Below, piece by piece: positions 40,657-50,479 of a DNA stretch of 64,000 nucleotides. Numbering within the stretch: position 1 is the first letter of the stretch; each line of letters starts with the position of its first letter. The notes beneath the pieces were generated by a model, which made no database searches, was not told the DNA's origin, and saw only the letters and a list, made by a program, of their open reading frames with translations. The DNA lies in NCBI GenBank assembly GCA_965222375.1, contig CBDCTZ010000016.1, forward strand, positions 32,001 through 96,000, written 5' to 3'. Source of the DNA: Polyangiaceae bacterium. GTDB lineage: Bacteria > Myxococcota_A > Polyangia > Polyangiales > Polyangiaceae. A program made the position numbers and the translations under genes.

Positions 40657-40774
40657 CCCGCCTTGGTGATCTTTGTGGGTTTGGGGTCGCGGCATTGTGG
40701 AGACGTTGGGCCACTACTCTAGAACTGGGCCGCGGGTTGGCGGGTTCGGCGTAGCGGACGGGCCTCTCTACGCA

Positions 40775-40823
40775 ACCGGACATTACCGACCAGGTTGACA
40801 AACTGTCCGGTGAGCCCTAAACT
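40775..40823 (+). promoter_or_regulatory. Sigma70 promoter with overlapping inverted-repeat operator
   Basis: TTGACA(40795)-17 bp-TAAACT(40818); ACCGGACA(40775)/TGTCCGGT(40804). Confidence 0.75.
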
Positions 40824-40829
40824 AGCTCG

Positions 40830-41111
40830 GTGGCCAGGGTCGCGGCGTTCGGTCTCCCCGGCTTGGACCTCTGGTTCAACTCGGACGACCACCTACCTCC
40901 CCACTTCCACGCGGAGCAACCGGGCGACTAGGAAGTCCGCGTGCTCTTTCTGCGAGACCAGTCCGAGATGATCGAAGTTAGATGGAACAGGCGCCGCCCC
41001 AGAGCTGCAACGCTCCGCACACTATGTCAAGCAGCTGAAGCACACCGCCAGCAGCTTCTCGAAGAGTGGGACCAGAAGGTATCGGCCCCCACCCCAGGAC
41101 CGCGCAGGTGA
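40830..41111 (+). pseudogene. DUF4160-like toxin gene with in-frame TAG at 40929
   Basis: My translation: MARVAAFGLPGLDLWFNSDDHLPPHFHAEQPGD*EVRVLF..HRQQLLEEWDQK. Confidence 0.75.
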
Positions 41112-41115
41112 ACTC

Positions 41116-41970
41116 ATGGGTGTAGCAATCGAAGTTCTCGTTACAGAGCCCTCCAAGAGTGTCGTTCAGAAGCGGCTCGGTGCGTTGCCAAACGTCAGCA
41201 TCGTTTCACAACCGTCGGAACGCGCCGTCGCCAGACTGCTCGTAGCGCTCCTGGAAGATCTCCAGAAGCGCCGCCCGGAGTTCGAGCGTTGGCTGGAACG
41301 TGCGCCCGCGACTGTTCCGCTCGTATTCCTAGGCCCGGACGGCGGGGCGAACATCTCGGCGAGCCTCGTTGTCTTTCAGACATTCGCTCTCGTATCAAGG
41401 CGACTCTCGTCGAATACGGTGGATCCCTACGTGGCTCCCGACCGAGAGGCCGCCCGGCGTCTCGTGCTCGCGCACAGCCTGGACGCCGAAAAGGAGCTCA
41501 TCGCGTCCGCGTCGATCGAAGATGACACGCTGTACGTCTGGAGCTGCGAGCCGCGGCTCTATCGTTGTCCCGTGTCGGACATCCCCGCCCTCGCGAGATT
41601 GAGCAAGAAGCAGCTCCAGGGGTTCGAAGTCAGCAAGAGTGGGAGCCGCCTGCGGTGGCCTGACGCCGATATCGACATCAACCTCGACACTATCCGTGTT
41701 CAAGTGGATCCGGCGCACCGGCGGGAGGCTGAAGCAGGGTTTCGGCAGGAGGCCTCCCGATATGCTGAAGCCATCCGAACCGTCCGCGAGAAGAAGGGGC
41801 TTCGGCAGGGAGATGTCGCTGGGTTGAGCGAGCGACACGTCCGCCGTCTGGAGCAAGGCGAAACCTTCCCGCAGGCGAAGACGGTGAAGAAGCTCGCCGC
41901 GGCCCACGGACTGTCCGTCGGCGACTACCTGAAAGAGCTTGCGAGACACTCGAAGCAAACAGGATCATAG
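41116..41970 (+). CDS. DUF2442-like + XRE HTH protein (antitoxin/regulator)
   Basis: LRWPDADIDINLD; IRTVREKKGLRQGDVAGLSERHVRRLEQG. Confidence 0.8.
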   Translation: MGVAIEVLVTEPSKSVVQKRLGALPNVSIVSQPSERAVARLLVALLEDLQKRRPEFERWLERAPATVPLVFLGPDGGANISASLVVFQTFALVSRRLSSNTVDPYVAPDREAARRLVLAHSLDAEKELIASASIEDDTLYVWSCEPRLYRCPVSDIPALARLSKKQLQGFEVSKSGSRLRWPDADIDINLDTIRVQVDPAHRREAEAGFRQEASRYAEAIRTVREKKGLRQGDVAGLSERHVRRLEQGETFPQAKTVKKLAAAHGLSVGDYLKELARHSKQTGS

Positions 41971-41983
41971 CCTTCGAGCACTA

Positions 41984-42150
41984 CTTGCACGGACTTGAGC
42001 TTCAGCTTGCACGTGCGCCTGAACTTCGGCTTGCACTTGAACTTCGACGTGGGCTTGGGCTTCAACGTCGGCCTAGGCATCGGCGAGGGTGGACGCCTAC
42101 GTGCAAGCAGACGCCTACGTGCAAGCGGACGTTCACGGGCGAGTCAAGGT
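41984..42150. repeat. Low-complexity ~6-bp-unit repeats forming an imperfect inverted pair between convergent genes
   Basis: CTTGCAC/CTTGAAC units then GTGCAAG units; GACGCCTACGTGCAAGC twice (42092, 42110). Confidence 0.7.
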
Positions 42151-42302
42151 GCGACCCTGTTGGCGGCGCGCTTGGGTGCGCCAAGTCGAGAGTAGGGCCC
42201 CAATGCCACCCCAACTCCGCGACCCCCAAACAGCCAAATCCAGCAATGGACGTGCAGGTCCGAGCTCAGTTCGATCTAGCCACCTCGCAAAATCGGGTTG
42301 GA

Positions 42303-44261
42303 TCAGAGCGACGATGTGGAGCGCTGACGGGTTGTTGGACGCTTCTTTTTGGCGAGGGCGGCGCTGATCAGGCTTTCGGCGGCGGATTGCGCGTCGCGAA
42401 CTTGCGGAGTGGAAGCGTCGGGTTGCAGCACGCGTCCGGTTTCGTCGAGGGCGTCGGGAAGAGAGCCGAGACCCTTGCTGAGCAGCCAGACCAAGAGCGC
42501 GCGAGTGAGGGGACCGGCGCCTGCGCTTTGCTCACTGCGCCACTCGCGCTTCAGTTGGCGGGCCACGGCCATTTTTGCGACGCCGCGGGCTCGGGCTCGG
42601 AGGGCGGAAGCTCCGGTGGGTAGCAAGTGTCGATCACGCTCGAGCGCGCGTTCTACTTCACGCAGTTGGGCGTGGGGCGGCTTCACGCCGTCCCGCAGTT
42701 GCTCGGCGAACAAGCAGACGCCGCGGTACACGGCTTTGAGGAAGTGGAAGGCGCGGTAACGCTCGGGGCCAGAGAACACGACGGCGGCGCGCGAGAGGCC
42801 CACCAGGTTGAGGATCTCCATGGGGATGGGGGCCGCGGGAGCCTTGGCGGCCTCGAACATGGTGGTGAGTACTTCGTCGCCGATCTGCTGCGAGTTGAAT
42901 TCCGATGTCGCATAAGAGAGGTAGTGCTCCGCATCCTGCAGCGCGTCGTTCTTGATGACGGTGGCGAAGTCGTAGAGTTGAAACGGATTGAGCGCGTAGG
43001 TGAAACACACGGGGCGCTCTTCGTGCCCTTGGTTGAGGCTGACGATCAGCTTTCGAGTGGCCGCGAGGGACTCGGCGGTTTCTCCGGGGAAGCCGTGAAT
43101 GAAAGAGAAGTAGGTGCCGATTCCGTGTCGAGCACAGGCCTCGAGGGCGGGACGGATCTGGGAAACCTTCGTGCCCTTCTTCATGGCGTTGAGCAGTCGT
43201 TGGTCCCCGGACTCCTGTCCGATGAAGAGCAGGCGAACGTTCGCCCGAGCCATCAGGTCGGCGCACTCGTCGTCGATGTCTGCGACCCGGGCGAAGGCAC
43301 TGATCGGCAGAGGGCAGCCGCCGCGGTCGGCGAGGCCGCGCAAGACCTCGAGCCAACGGGCGTGGGGCACCGAGGCGGTGGCATCGGCGAGATTGATCAT
43401 GCCGCTGTGGGCCAAGGCCGAACCCAGGATTTCCTCGACGGCGCGATCCGCGGGCATCACGCTGAGCTCGGCCAGAGTCCGAAAGGTACAGAACTCGCAC
43501 TTGAAGACGCAGCCACGCTGAGTTTCCACAGGCTGCATCAAGGTATGGCGGGCCAAGTCGATTGGGGGATCGATGCGGCTGGCCAGAGCCCAATTCGGCG
43601 TTGGAAGCTGTGCCAGCTCGAGGGCCTCTGCTCGACCCGTGTAGTCCAGGCCACCTGTCGGGCGGCGAATGTAGATCCCCGGGATGCGCCGGAGCGCGGC
43701 CGGATCCTTGTCGTGAAGGGCTCGCACGATGTCCACCAATCGCTGCTCGCCCTCGCCGATGCAGAACACATCGGCATCGAGAGACAGGAAGCCCTCGGCA
43801 TCCGTGGAGTAGTAGTAGCCACCCACCACGATTTGCGCCTTGGGCAGCGCATTGTGAACCATGCGGCACAGGGTGCGTAGCCAGGCGGTTTTCATCACGA
43901 AGGTCGTCGAGATCCCCACGACCTTGGGCGGATTGCGCCGCGCCGTTTCGAGGCGCTTTCGCCAAAAAGAAAGCCCTGTGACGCCGGGATCGCAGACCTC
44001 CCAATCGAGCTTTGCAGCCTCGAGGTGAGTCGCCATGGCGATGGCGCCGAGGGACCGATGGGCGACGGATGGCGCGCCAAAAATCGTGTCGTCTTCTTCG
44101 GCCTGGAGGGAGATGCGCATGCCCATGTGAGCTTCGAGCTTGGCGTGGGCCTCCATCAGAGGCATGTAGATGCGCGCGCCGGTGACTCGACGGACATGCT
44201 CGTCAAAGAGCATGTTCATGTCGGGCTCGAACGGCACGAGCAGCAATACGTCCGGCCCCAT
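42303..44261 (-). CDS. Cobalamin-binding radical SAM enzyme
   Basis: VVGISTTF, VVGG, GEGE (B12 domain); ETQRGCVFKCEFC; GQESGD, GFPGET. Confidence 0.9.
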   Translation of the reverse strand: MGPDVLLLVPFEPDMNMLFDEHVRRVTGARIYMPLMEAHAKLEAHMGMRISLQAEEDDTIFGAPSVAHRSLGAIAMATHLEAAKLDWEVCDPGVTGLSFWRKRLETARRNPPKVVGISTTFVMKTAWLRTLCRMVHNALPKAQIVVGGYYYSTDAEGFLSLDADVFCIGEGEQRLVDIVRALHDKDPAALRRIPGIYIRRPTGGLDYTGRAEALELAQLPTPNWALASRIDPPIDLARHTLMQPVETQRGCVFKCEFCTFRTLAELSVMPADRAVEEILGSALAHSGMINLADATASVPHARWLEVLRGLADRGGCPLPISAFARVADIDDECADLMARANVRLLFIGQESGDQRLLNAMKKGTKVSQIRPALEACARHGIGTYFSFIHGFPGETAESLAATRKLIVSLNQGHEERPVCFTYALNPFQLYDFATVIKNDALQDAEHYLSYATSEFNSQQIGDEVLTTMFEAAKAPAAPIPMEILNLVGLSRAAVVFSGPERYRAFHFLKAVYRGVCLFAEQLRDGVKPPHAQLREVERALERDRHLLPTGASALRARARGVAKMAVARQLKREWRSEQSAGAGPLTRALLVWLLSKGLGSLPDALDETGRVLQPDASTPQVRDAQSAAESLISAALAKKKRPTTRQRSTSSL

Positions 44262-44307
44262 GCTTGAAACATAGTGGCCGGACAGCGAAAGCGCGAGGTG
44301 CCAGGGA

Positions 44308-45669
44308 CTAGCTAGCCGGCTTTCTGCGCCGAATAACAGCGATGATGGGATCCCGGGGGCGAAGCGTGACCTGGCCGAGGGGCTGAACGGGATGGTCACT
44401 CACAGGCTCGAAAGACACGCGCTGCAGCAAGGTAGCAAGCACCATCTGGCCCTCCATGAGAGCGTAGCCGCTGCCCAGACAGCGCCGGGGTCCTTCGATG
44501 AACGGGATGAAGCCACCCCGGGGCAGGCCGGTTTCGAACTCCCTGGTCCAACGCCCTGGGCGGAACTCGTCGGGAGACTCGAAGAGTCGCGGGTTGCGGT
44601 GAATGCCGTAGATGTTGAGCACTACTCGCGCGCCCTTTGGCACGGCTACTCCCGACAGCGTCGTGGCTTCGGTGGCTTCACGCACTGTCATGAACACCGG
44701 TGGATACAGCCGCAAGGTTTCTTTGAAAACCCGAAGCGCGCAGGGCAGCCGCGGGCCGTCACTGGCGTTCGGAACACGTCCGGCCAGCACTTCATCGACT
44801 TCAGTTTGAAGCTCCGCGGCGAACTCTGGCTTCGCGATCAGACAGTGGATGGCCCAGGCCAGGGCATTTGGGGTCGTGTCCTGACAGGCGATGGCGAGAC
44901 CCACGGCCTCGTCCCGAGGCGAAGACCCGCTCGCTCGCAGGTCTTCGGCGCGCTGCTGAACCAGCACGGAAAGTAGATCTCGCACCGGCCGCCGCCCCGC
45001 CTCCTGGATCAACCGCGCGATCACGCGATCCAAAACGCGAACGGCTGCTCTGCCGCTCAGGCTGGCGCGGGATGGCAGCCATTTGCGAACACCCCGAGGC
45101 GCCCCGAGGCGTTCGTGGACGAGTTGATCGACGCGATCCACCGCCGAGATGACGTCGGAAGCCGGCCCCACGTCCTTGCCGAAGAGCGTGCGCGACACCA
45201 GCGCCAGGTTGAGCTGCAGCATCGCTTGCAGCACGTCGATGTGGGCGTCGTCCTGCCAACTGTGCTGTAAGCCCTCGGCCAGCTCCGCCATGGCGTCCGC
45301 GTAGCGCTCGATGGCGGGGCGACTGAAAGATGGTGCTAGAATGCGCCTACGCGTGCGGTGCTGCGGGCCGTCGGTCCAGCCCAGGTTTCGCCCCAGAAAG
45401 CCCGACGCCCAGCGATAGCCTTGGGTCTTGCGGAACAGTCCGCGGTCTTGGGCCAGCACGCTCATGGCGGCCTCGGGGGACGACACGACGAAGAGTGAGT
45501 CTCGCCCCGTCGAAACTCGGAGGACCGGCGCCGCCTCTGCAGCCTGCTGCAGGAAGTCGAAGGGGCGAGTGCGCAAGTTGCGTACATCCTGCAACGAGGC
45601 TCGACCCGCCAGCTTTCGACCCATGGCCGAGGATACCGACGTCCCTCGCGCAGGAGCAACCGGGCTCAC
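44308..45669 (-). CDS. Cytochrome P450
   Basis: ETLRLYPP, FRPGRW, PFIEGPRRCLG; I-helix ACQDTT. Confidence 0.93.
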   Translation of the reverse strand: MSPVAPARGTSVSSAMGRKLAGRASLQDVRNLRTRPFDFLQQAAEAAPVLRVSTGRDSLFVVSSPEAAMSVLAQDRGLFRKTQGYRWASGFLGRNLGWTDGPQHRTRRRILAPSFSRPAIERYADAMAELAEGLQHSWQDDAHIDVLQAMLQLNLALVSRTLFGKDVGPASDVISAVDRVDQLVHERLGAPRGVRKWLPSRASLSGRAAVRVLDRVIARLIQEAGRRPVRDLLSVLVQQRAEDLRASGSSPRDEAVGLAIACQDTTPNALAWAIHCLIAKPEFAAELQTEVDEVLAGRVPNASDGPRLPCALRVFKETLRLYPPVFMTVREATEATTLSGVAVPKGARVVLNIYGIHRNPRLFESPDEFRPGRWTREFETGLPRGGFIPFIEGPRRCLGSGYALMEGQMVLATLLQRVSFEPVSDHPVQPLGQVTLRPRDPIIAVIRRRKPAS

Positions 45670-46973
45670 GTCGTGGGATCGCCCCGAGTGACGGTCAGCC
45701 GGTGGCCTTTGGGTGGTCGCAGGGTCAGCGCTGCTCGAGGGCGCAATCCCTGGCGTGTTGCGCCGAAGCCAACCTGCCGCAGCAGCGACGCCAGTACGAG
45801 CTGGCCTTCCATCAGCGCGAAGTGGCTTCCGATACAGCGGCGAGGACCCGCAATGAATGGGATGTACGCACCGCGAGGCAGGGTTTGCTCGAAACCATCA
45901 CCCCAGCGCTGCGGTCGGAACTCCTCCGGCTCCGAGAACAGATCTGGCCGCCGCTGGATGCCATAGATGTTGAAAATGAGGTTGGACCCAGGGCTCAGTG
46001 TCACGCCGCCAACATCGAGGCTGGTTCGCGCCTGGCGCATCGTCATGTAGGCCGGCGGATACAAACGCAGCGTCTCTTTGAACACCGCGAGGGCAAGCGG
46101 AAGCTCAGCGGCGCCGGCTGCTGACAGCGCAGTGCATTGGCGCGCTTCCCGTTGCACTGCCCTCGCCGTTTCGCTCTGCTGCGCCAGCAGGTGAAGGCAC
46201 CAAGCGAGCACATAGGGCGTCGTGTCCTGACACGCGACCAGCAGCCCCACGGCTTCATCCCGCACGCTGGAGCCAGCGTCGCGGATACGCTCCCGCGATG
46301 CCCGCGAAAGGAGTTGCCCGGAGCATTGTGCGCTGGCGACGCCGGATTGACGTAAGCGCCGCAGTAGTCCTTCGATCTGCCGCACTGCAGCTCGCGCCCG
46401 CCATGCTCGCCACGATGTCCGAGCGAGGGAGCTGTCTCCCCCCAGCCGCGCCTCGAGCAAGGCATCAACTTCCTGGACCGCACTCACGATGGTGTCTACG
46501 TCCGCGTCGGAAAGCTGACCCAATAGCGACTCGGTCACGATCGAAACATTGAGGCGCAGCATGCTCTGCAGCACATCCACGCTCGCGCCGTGATGCCAGT
46601 TGCGCGCCGCTTCTTCCGAGTGTCGGAGGATTGCCGCCGCGTAGCTCTGCACGGCGCGAGGGCTGAAGCATGGGGTCAGTGCTCCTCGCTGGCGTTGATG
46701 TGCTTGTCCTTCTGCCCACAGCAGTCCGCGCCCCAGAAAGCGGGTGGCCCGGCGATAGCGAGGGGTCTTTGCGACCGTAGCGCCGTCTTGAACTAGGAGC
46801 GCGTGCACATCCTCCGGGGCGGAGAGAACATAGGCGTCCTTCCCTTGCTGCTGAATCTTGCACACGGGTGCAATGTCCGCGGCTCGAAGGAGCAGCCCAA
46901 GGGGATCGGCCCGCAAGGCGTCGCCGGATCCGATCAGCGGAGCTGAGGACATCGTCGGCCACGCTAGCTCCAC
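45666..46973 (-). CDS. Cytochrome P450 (paralog)
   Basis: ETLRLYPP, FRPQRW, PFIAGPRRCIG; I-helix ACQDTT. Confidence 0.93.
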   Translation of the reverse strand: MELAWPTMSSAPLIGSGDALRADPLGLLLRAADIAPVCKIQQQGKDAYVLSAPEDVHALLVQDGATVAKTPRYRRATRFLGRGLLWAEGQAHQRQRGALTPCFSPRAVQSYAAAILRHSEEAARNWHHGASVDVLQSMLRLNVSIVTESLLGQLSDADVDTIVSAVQEVDALLEARLGGDSSLARTSWRAWRARAAVRQIEGLLRRLRQSGVASAQCSGQLLSRASRERIRDAGSSVRDEAVGLLVACQDTTPYVLAWCLHLLAQQSETARAVQREARQCTALSAAGAAELPLALAVFKETLRLYPPAYMTMRQARTSLDVGGVTLSPGSNLIFNIYGIQRRPDLFSEPEEFRPQRWGDGFEQTLPRGAYIPFIAGPRRCIGSHFALMEGQLVLASLLRQVGFGATRQGLRPRAALTLRPPKGHRLTVTRGDPTT

Positions 46974-46997
46974 ACAAACGCGAGACCAAGAAGTGCT

Positions 46998-49900
46998 TCA
47001 GAACAAAGTGTAGATGTAGGGTCGAGGCTGCTCCCGCGGTGACATGGCTGCAGCCGCGGGAATCAGCGCGGCAACGAGTGCCGACAGCATGGGTTTGCGC
47101 CGAGCCTGCAGAAACGCGATCAAGCGGCGGTAATGCTTCGACTGCGGGCCGGGCTCGCGGTCGAAACCTTCGGGTAGGTGTGTGTACGGCTGCCAATGGC
47201 TCGTTGGGGTCCTGTTTGGATCGTTTGGCTCCAACGCACGAAAACAAGCTCCCGTCGGCACGACGAGGCCGTAATACGCCAACGCGGCCGCCCACGCCGA
47301 AACTCGGGAGCGCAACGGTGCTGCTTTGACTCCGACCAGAGTTCGAGCCCGCGCTGCCACCCCGGGCACCTGCAGCCCCAGGCGGGAGAAGAGAGCCGCC
47401 CCGGTGGTTCGAAGCAGCGCTGGCTGCATCTGCGGCTGCTGCAGGTCCCCGCGCGCAATTCGTCGAGGGAGCTTCTCGTAGTTCGCGCAGGCAGAGTCCA
47501 CGTCACCGGCGAGGGCCGCAGCTAACGCGCGAGCGCGCCGGACCTCGGGGTCATGCGGGCTGAGGGCCTCCGCTTGGCGCAGATACTCTTCCACTTGGCG
47601 CTGCGCGCCATCCGAGTCCCAGTTCTGCAGCAGCGCCAACGCGAACAGGTATTGGACACGTGAGCAAAGCACCGCGGTCTGAGTCGCGCTGTCCAGAGCG
47701 AACGCGCGGCGCACGTCCTCGATGTTCGGGCGCCGAAAAGCCGCTTGATGCGCAGCACCGTCGCTCAGCGCTTCGCGGAAACAGAGAGCGAGCTGTAGGT
47801 AGCCCTCCAGAGTGGGGTGACAATTGTCCCAGAACAGACCGGACTCATCCAACGCTTCGAGGAGCTGTGCACAGTCCGCGAGGGGCACGCTGAGCCTAGC
47901 GCAGACCTGTCGAATCGCGGTGTTCAACGCAGAGGTGCACCGGGTTGGCGCAGCGTCGTGGTCCCGGGCAGCTAGGAAGTGCGGCAGCGCTTCCCGCTTC
48001 CGTCCTTGAGCAGCCAGCTCCCGCGCGAGGAGGAAATGCGCCCAAGCCACACCGGGATCTACGCGCAAGATACGCCGAGCGGTTTGTACTGCCTCGTGGC
48101 TGTCGCCAGCTCGCGCGCGCTGCCGCGCGTGGGTCATCAGCGACGCGACTTGCCTGAGGCTCCCGCGCTTGGCCACGCGCGAACGATTCGGCGCCCATTG
48201 CGTCAGATTGCCCGCGGCAGTCGCCACCACGAGCCCTATGCCCTGGCGTTGCAGGTGCTCGATGCTCGCTTCGAGGTTGCGCGTGAGCCTGCGTACAGCG
48301 CGCTCGTGGTGCAGTGGCCCGACGCCAGAGGTCTGCGCTGGAGCGGGCCCGCGGCCGCGTATGAAGTCCAGAGGCGCACCCAGCGCGGATGGTTGATGGC
48401 GGAGGTACTCGTTGTGGCCGGTGTAGAGCAACACTAGAGACGCCGATGCGGGCACTTGGCGCGCAGCTTCGAGAACGGCGTCGGAATCCATCGCAGCGTG
48501 GGCCAGGTTCACCACCCGCACGGCGCGACCTTGCCTAGTGCCCCCCAGGCAGAACCCCACCAACTTTCCCAAGTCCAAGTCCGGGCCATAAGGTTCGCCA
48601 GCTGCAGTGGATCCGCCAAGAACGTAGATCGTGAAAAAGTCCCCGGGATCTTCGTCGGGTCCAAGCTCGGCTGGCGCTTGCTGATCAGGGCGTGCGATCA
48701 AAAAGCGGTCGAGGACGAGGTAGTCGAGACTGGTTCGGGTGAAGCAACGGTAGGCATCGCTGGGCGATTGCACGATGGGCTCGTCGCGCCCGTTGAAGCT
48801 GGTGTTGAGCAATACCGGGCAACCCGTGCGCTCTGCAAACCTGGAAAGCAAGCCGTGAAAGCGAGGATTGTGGTCCGGGCGCACGGTTTGAACCCGAGCG
48901 CTGTAGTCCACATGGGTAACGGCAGGCAGCTCGGAGCGCACGGCGTCGAGGCTGCGGGGAGACTCGCCGCTTTCTGCAGCGTGCTCTGAGCGAACCTGGG
49001 CCACGATGGCCATGTAGTCGCTGTCACCCTCGAGCTCGAAGTAGTCGGAAGCGGCTTCGCGCAGCACAGCGGGCGCAAAGGGCCGGAAAGACTCGCGGCG
49101 CTTGATTCGGTCATTCAGCCGCCGCCGCATGTCGGGTTCACGCGGGTCCGCCAGAATCGACCGCGCCCCAAGGGCACGGGGGCCAAACTCTGCGCGGTCC
49201 TGAAACCAACCCACCGCGCTCCCCGACTCGATCAGCTGTGCGGTTCGGTCTAACAGGGCATCCGTCGCTCCGAGTTCTTCGAAGGGGATCTTGCTGGCGC
49301 AGAGGTACTCCCGAACTGCTGCCTCCTCGAAGCGGGGTCCGAGCAGGGAACCCGCCTGGCCATCACTACCGTCCCGGAGCTCTCGTGTCTGACCTAGGCG
49401 CTGATGCCACAAGTAGAGCGCGGCACCCAGTGCGCCGCCGGCGTCTCCGGCCGCGGGCTGAACCCAGAGTCGATCGCAGACGGAATCACGCAACAGCCGC
49501 CCATTGGCTACGCTGTTTTGAGCCACTCCCCCTGCCAAGCAAAGATCACGAGTTCCGGCGGACTGAACTGCGTGACGTGCAACGCGCCGCACGACTTCCT
49601 CGGTCACGTACTGCAATGACGCGGCGAGATCCATGTGGGCAGGCGTCAGCGCAGCCTCGGGCGCACGACGCGGAATGCCCAAGTAGTGCTCTAGCTTGGC
49701 GCCCGCCATTCGAAGCAACGCCTGGTAGTCGAAATAGGCCATGTTCAGGCGAAAGGAGCCATCGGACTTGAGGTCGATGAGTTCCTCGTAGAAGCGCTGC
49801 GCAAGGCGAGGCGTGCCATAGGGCGCGAGGCCCATGACCTTGTACTCGTCACGGTTGACGCTGAATCCGAGCAGGTAGGTGATCGCCGAGTAGAGCAAGC

Positions 49901-50435
49901 CCAGCGAGTGGGGAAAACGAAGCTCTTGGCGTAGCGACAGGCTAGGCCCCTCGCCGTAGCCCCACGCACTGGTGGCCCACTCACCGGCCCCGTCCAAACT
50001 AACCACGGCAGCTCGAGTGAAGGGCGACGGGTAGAACGCACTGGCGGCGTGGGCCTCGTGGTGCGTGCACCACGCGATTTCCCCATCGAAGTCCAAGTCC
50101 CGCCGCAGCGAGCCGGTTATGCGCGTGCGCTCCCGGAGCCAACGGAGAACCGAACTGCGAAAAGTCTCGAATCCCCGGGGAGCGACTGTCAGCTGGGTCT
50201 GCAGGATCCGCTCGAACTTCAGCTGTGTGGATTCGTAGAAGCCCACGAGATCGACCTCGGCGGCCGAGCCCAGCTTGGCTTGGCGCAGGCAGAAGTCGAC
50301 GGCCTGGTTCGGGAAGCTCGCGTCATTCTTCTTGCGCGAGAACCGCTCCTCTTGAGCCGCCGCGATGACTCGGCCGTCCTCGAGAATGGCCGCAGCACTG
50401 TCATGATAGAGTGCGGAGATCCCGAGGATCCTCAT
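46998..50435 (-). CDS. NodU/CmcH carbamoyltransferase fused to SGNH-like/TPR and SxtJ-/SxtK(DUF5989)-like segments
   Basis: HDSAAA, QEERFSRKK, HHEAHAASAF, YKVMGLAPYG, EFGPRALGARS, LNTSFN; GGSTAAG/GHNE/DNCHP; ends PYIYTLF. Confidence 0.9.
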   Translation of the reverse strand: MRILGISALYHDSAAAILEDGRVIAAAQEERFSRKKNDASFPNQAVDFCLRQAKLGSAAEVDLVGFYESTQLKFERILQTQLTVAPRGFETFRSSVLRWLRERTRITGSLRRDLDFDGEIAWCTHHEAHAASAFYPSPFTRAAVVSLDGAGEWATSAWGYGEGPSLSLRQELRFPHSLGLLYSAITYLLGFSVNRDEYKVMGLAPYGTPRLAQRFYEELIDLKSDGSFRLNMAYFDYQALLRMAGAKLEHYLGIPRRAPEAALTPAHMDLAASLQYVTEEVVRRVARHAVQSAGTRDLCLAGGVAQNSVANGRLLRDSVCDRLWVQPAAGDAGGALGAALYLWHQRLGQTRELRDGSDGQAGSLLGPRFEEAAVREYLCASKIPFEELGATDALLDRTAQLIESGSAVGWFQDRAEFGPRALGARSILADPREPDMRRRLNDRIKRRESFRPFAPAVLREAASDYFELEGDSDYMAIVAQVRSEHAAESGESPRSLDAVRSELPAVTHVDYSARVQTVRPDHNPRFHGLLSRFAERTGCPVLLNTSFNGRDEPIVQSPSDAYRCFTRTSLDYLVLDRFLIARPDQQAPAELGPDEDPGDFFTIYVLGGSTAAGEPYGPDLDLGKLVGFCLGGTRQGRAVRVVNLAHAAMDSDAVLEAARQVPASASLVLLYTGHNEYLRHQPSALGAPLDFIRGRGPAPAQTSGVGPLHHERAVRRLTRNLEASIEHLQRQGIGLVVATAAGNLTQWAPNRSRVAKRGSLRQVASLMTHARQRARAGDSHEAVQTARRILRVDPGVAWAHFLLARELAAQGRKREALPHFLAARDHDAAPTRCTSALNTAIRQVCARLSVPLADCAQLLEALDESGLFWDNCHPTLEGYLQLALCFREALSDGAAHQAAFRRPNIEDVRRAFALDSATQTAVLCSRVQYLFALALLQNWDSDGAQRQVEEYLRQAEALSPHDPEVRRARALAAALAGDVDSACANYEKLPRRIARGDLQQPQMQPALLRTTGAALFSRLGLQVPGVAARARTLVGVKAAPLRSRVSAWAAALAYYGLVVPTGACFRALEPNDPNRTPTSHWQPYTHLPEGFDREPGPQSKHYRRLIAFLQARRKPMLSALVAALIPAAAAMSPREQPRPYIYTLF

Positions 50436-50479
50436 GGGATCTCACTAGCAGTGGATATCGTCTGCACCAAGCGAGGGTG

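Noticed and set aside
46998..50435. Saxitoxin cluster
   Set aside because: SxtI/J/K-like modules are widespread; no sxtA or sxtG homologues in the window
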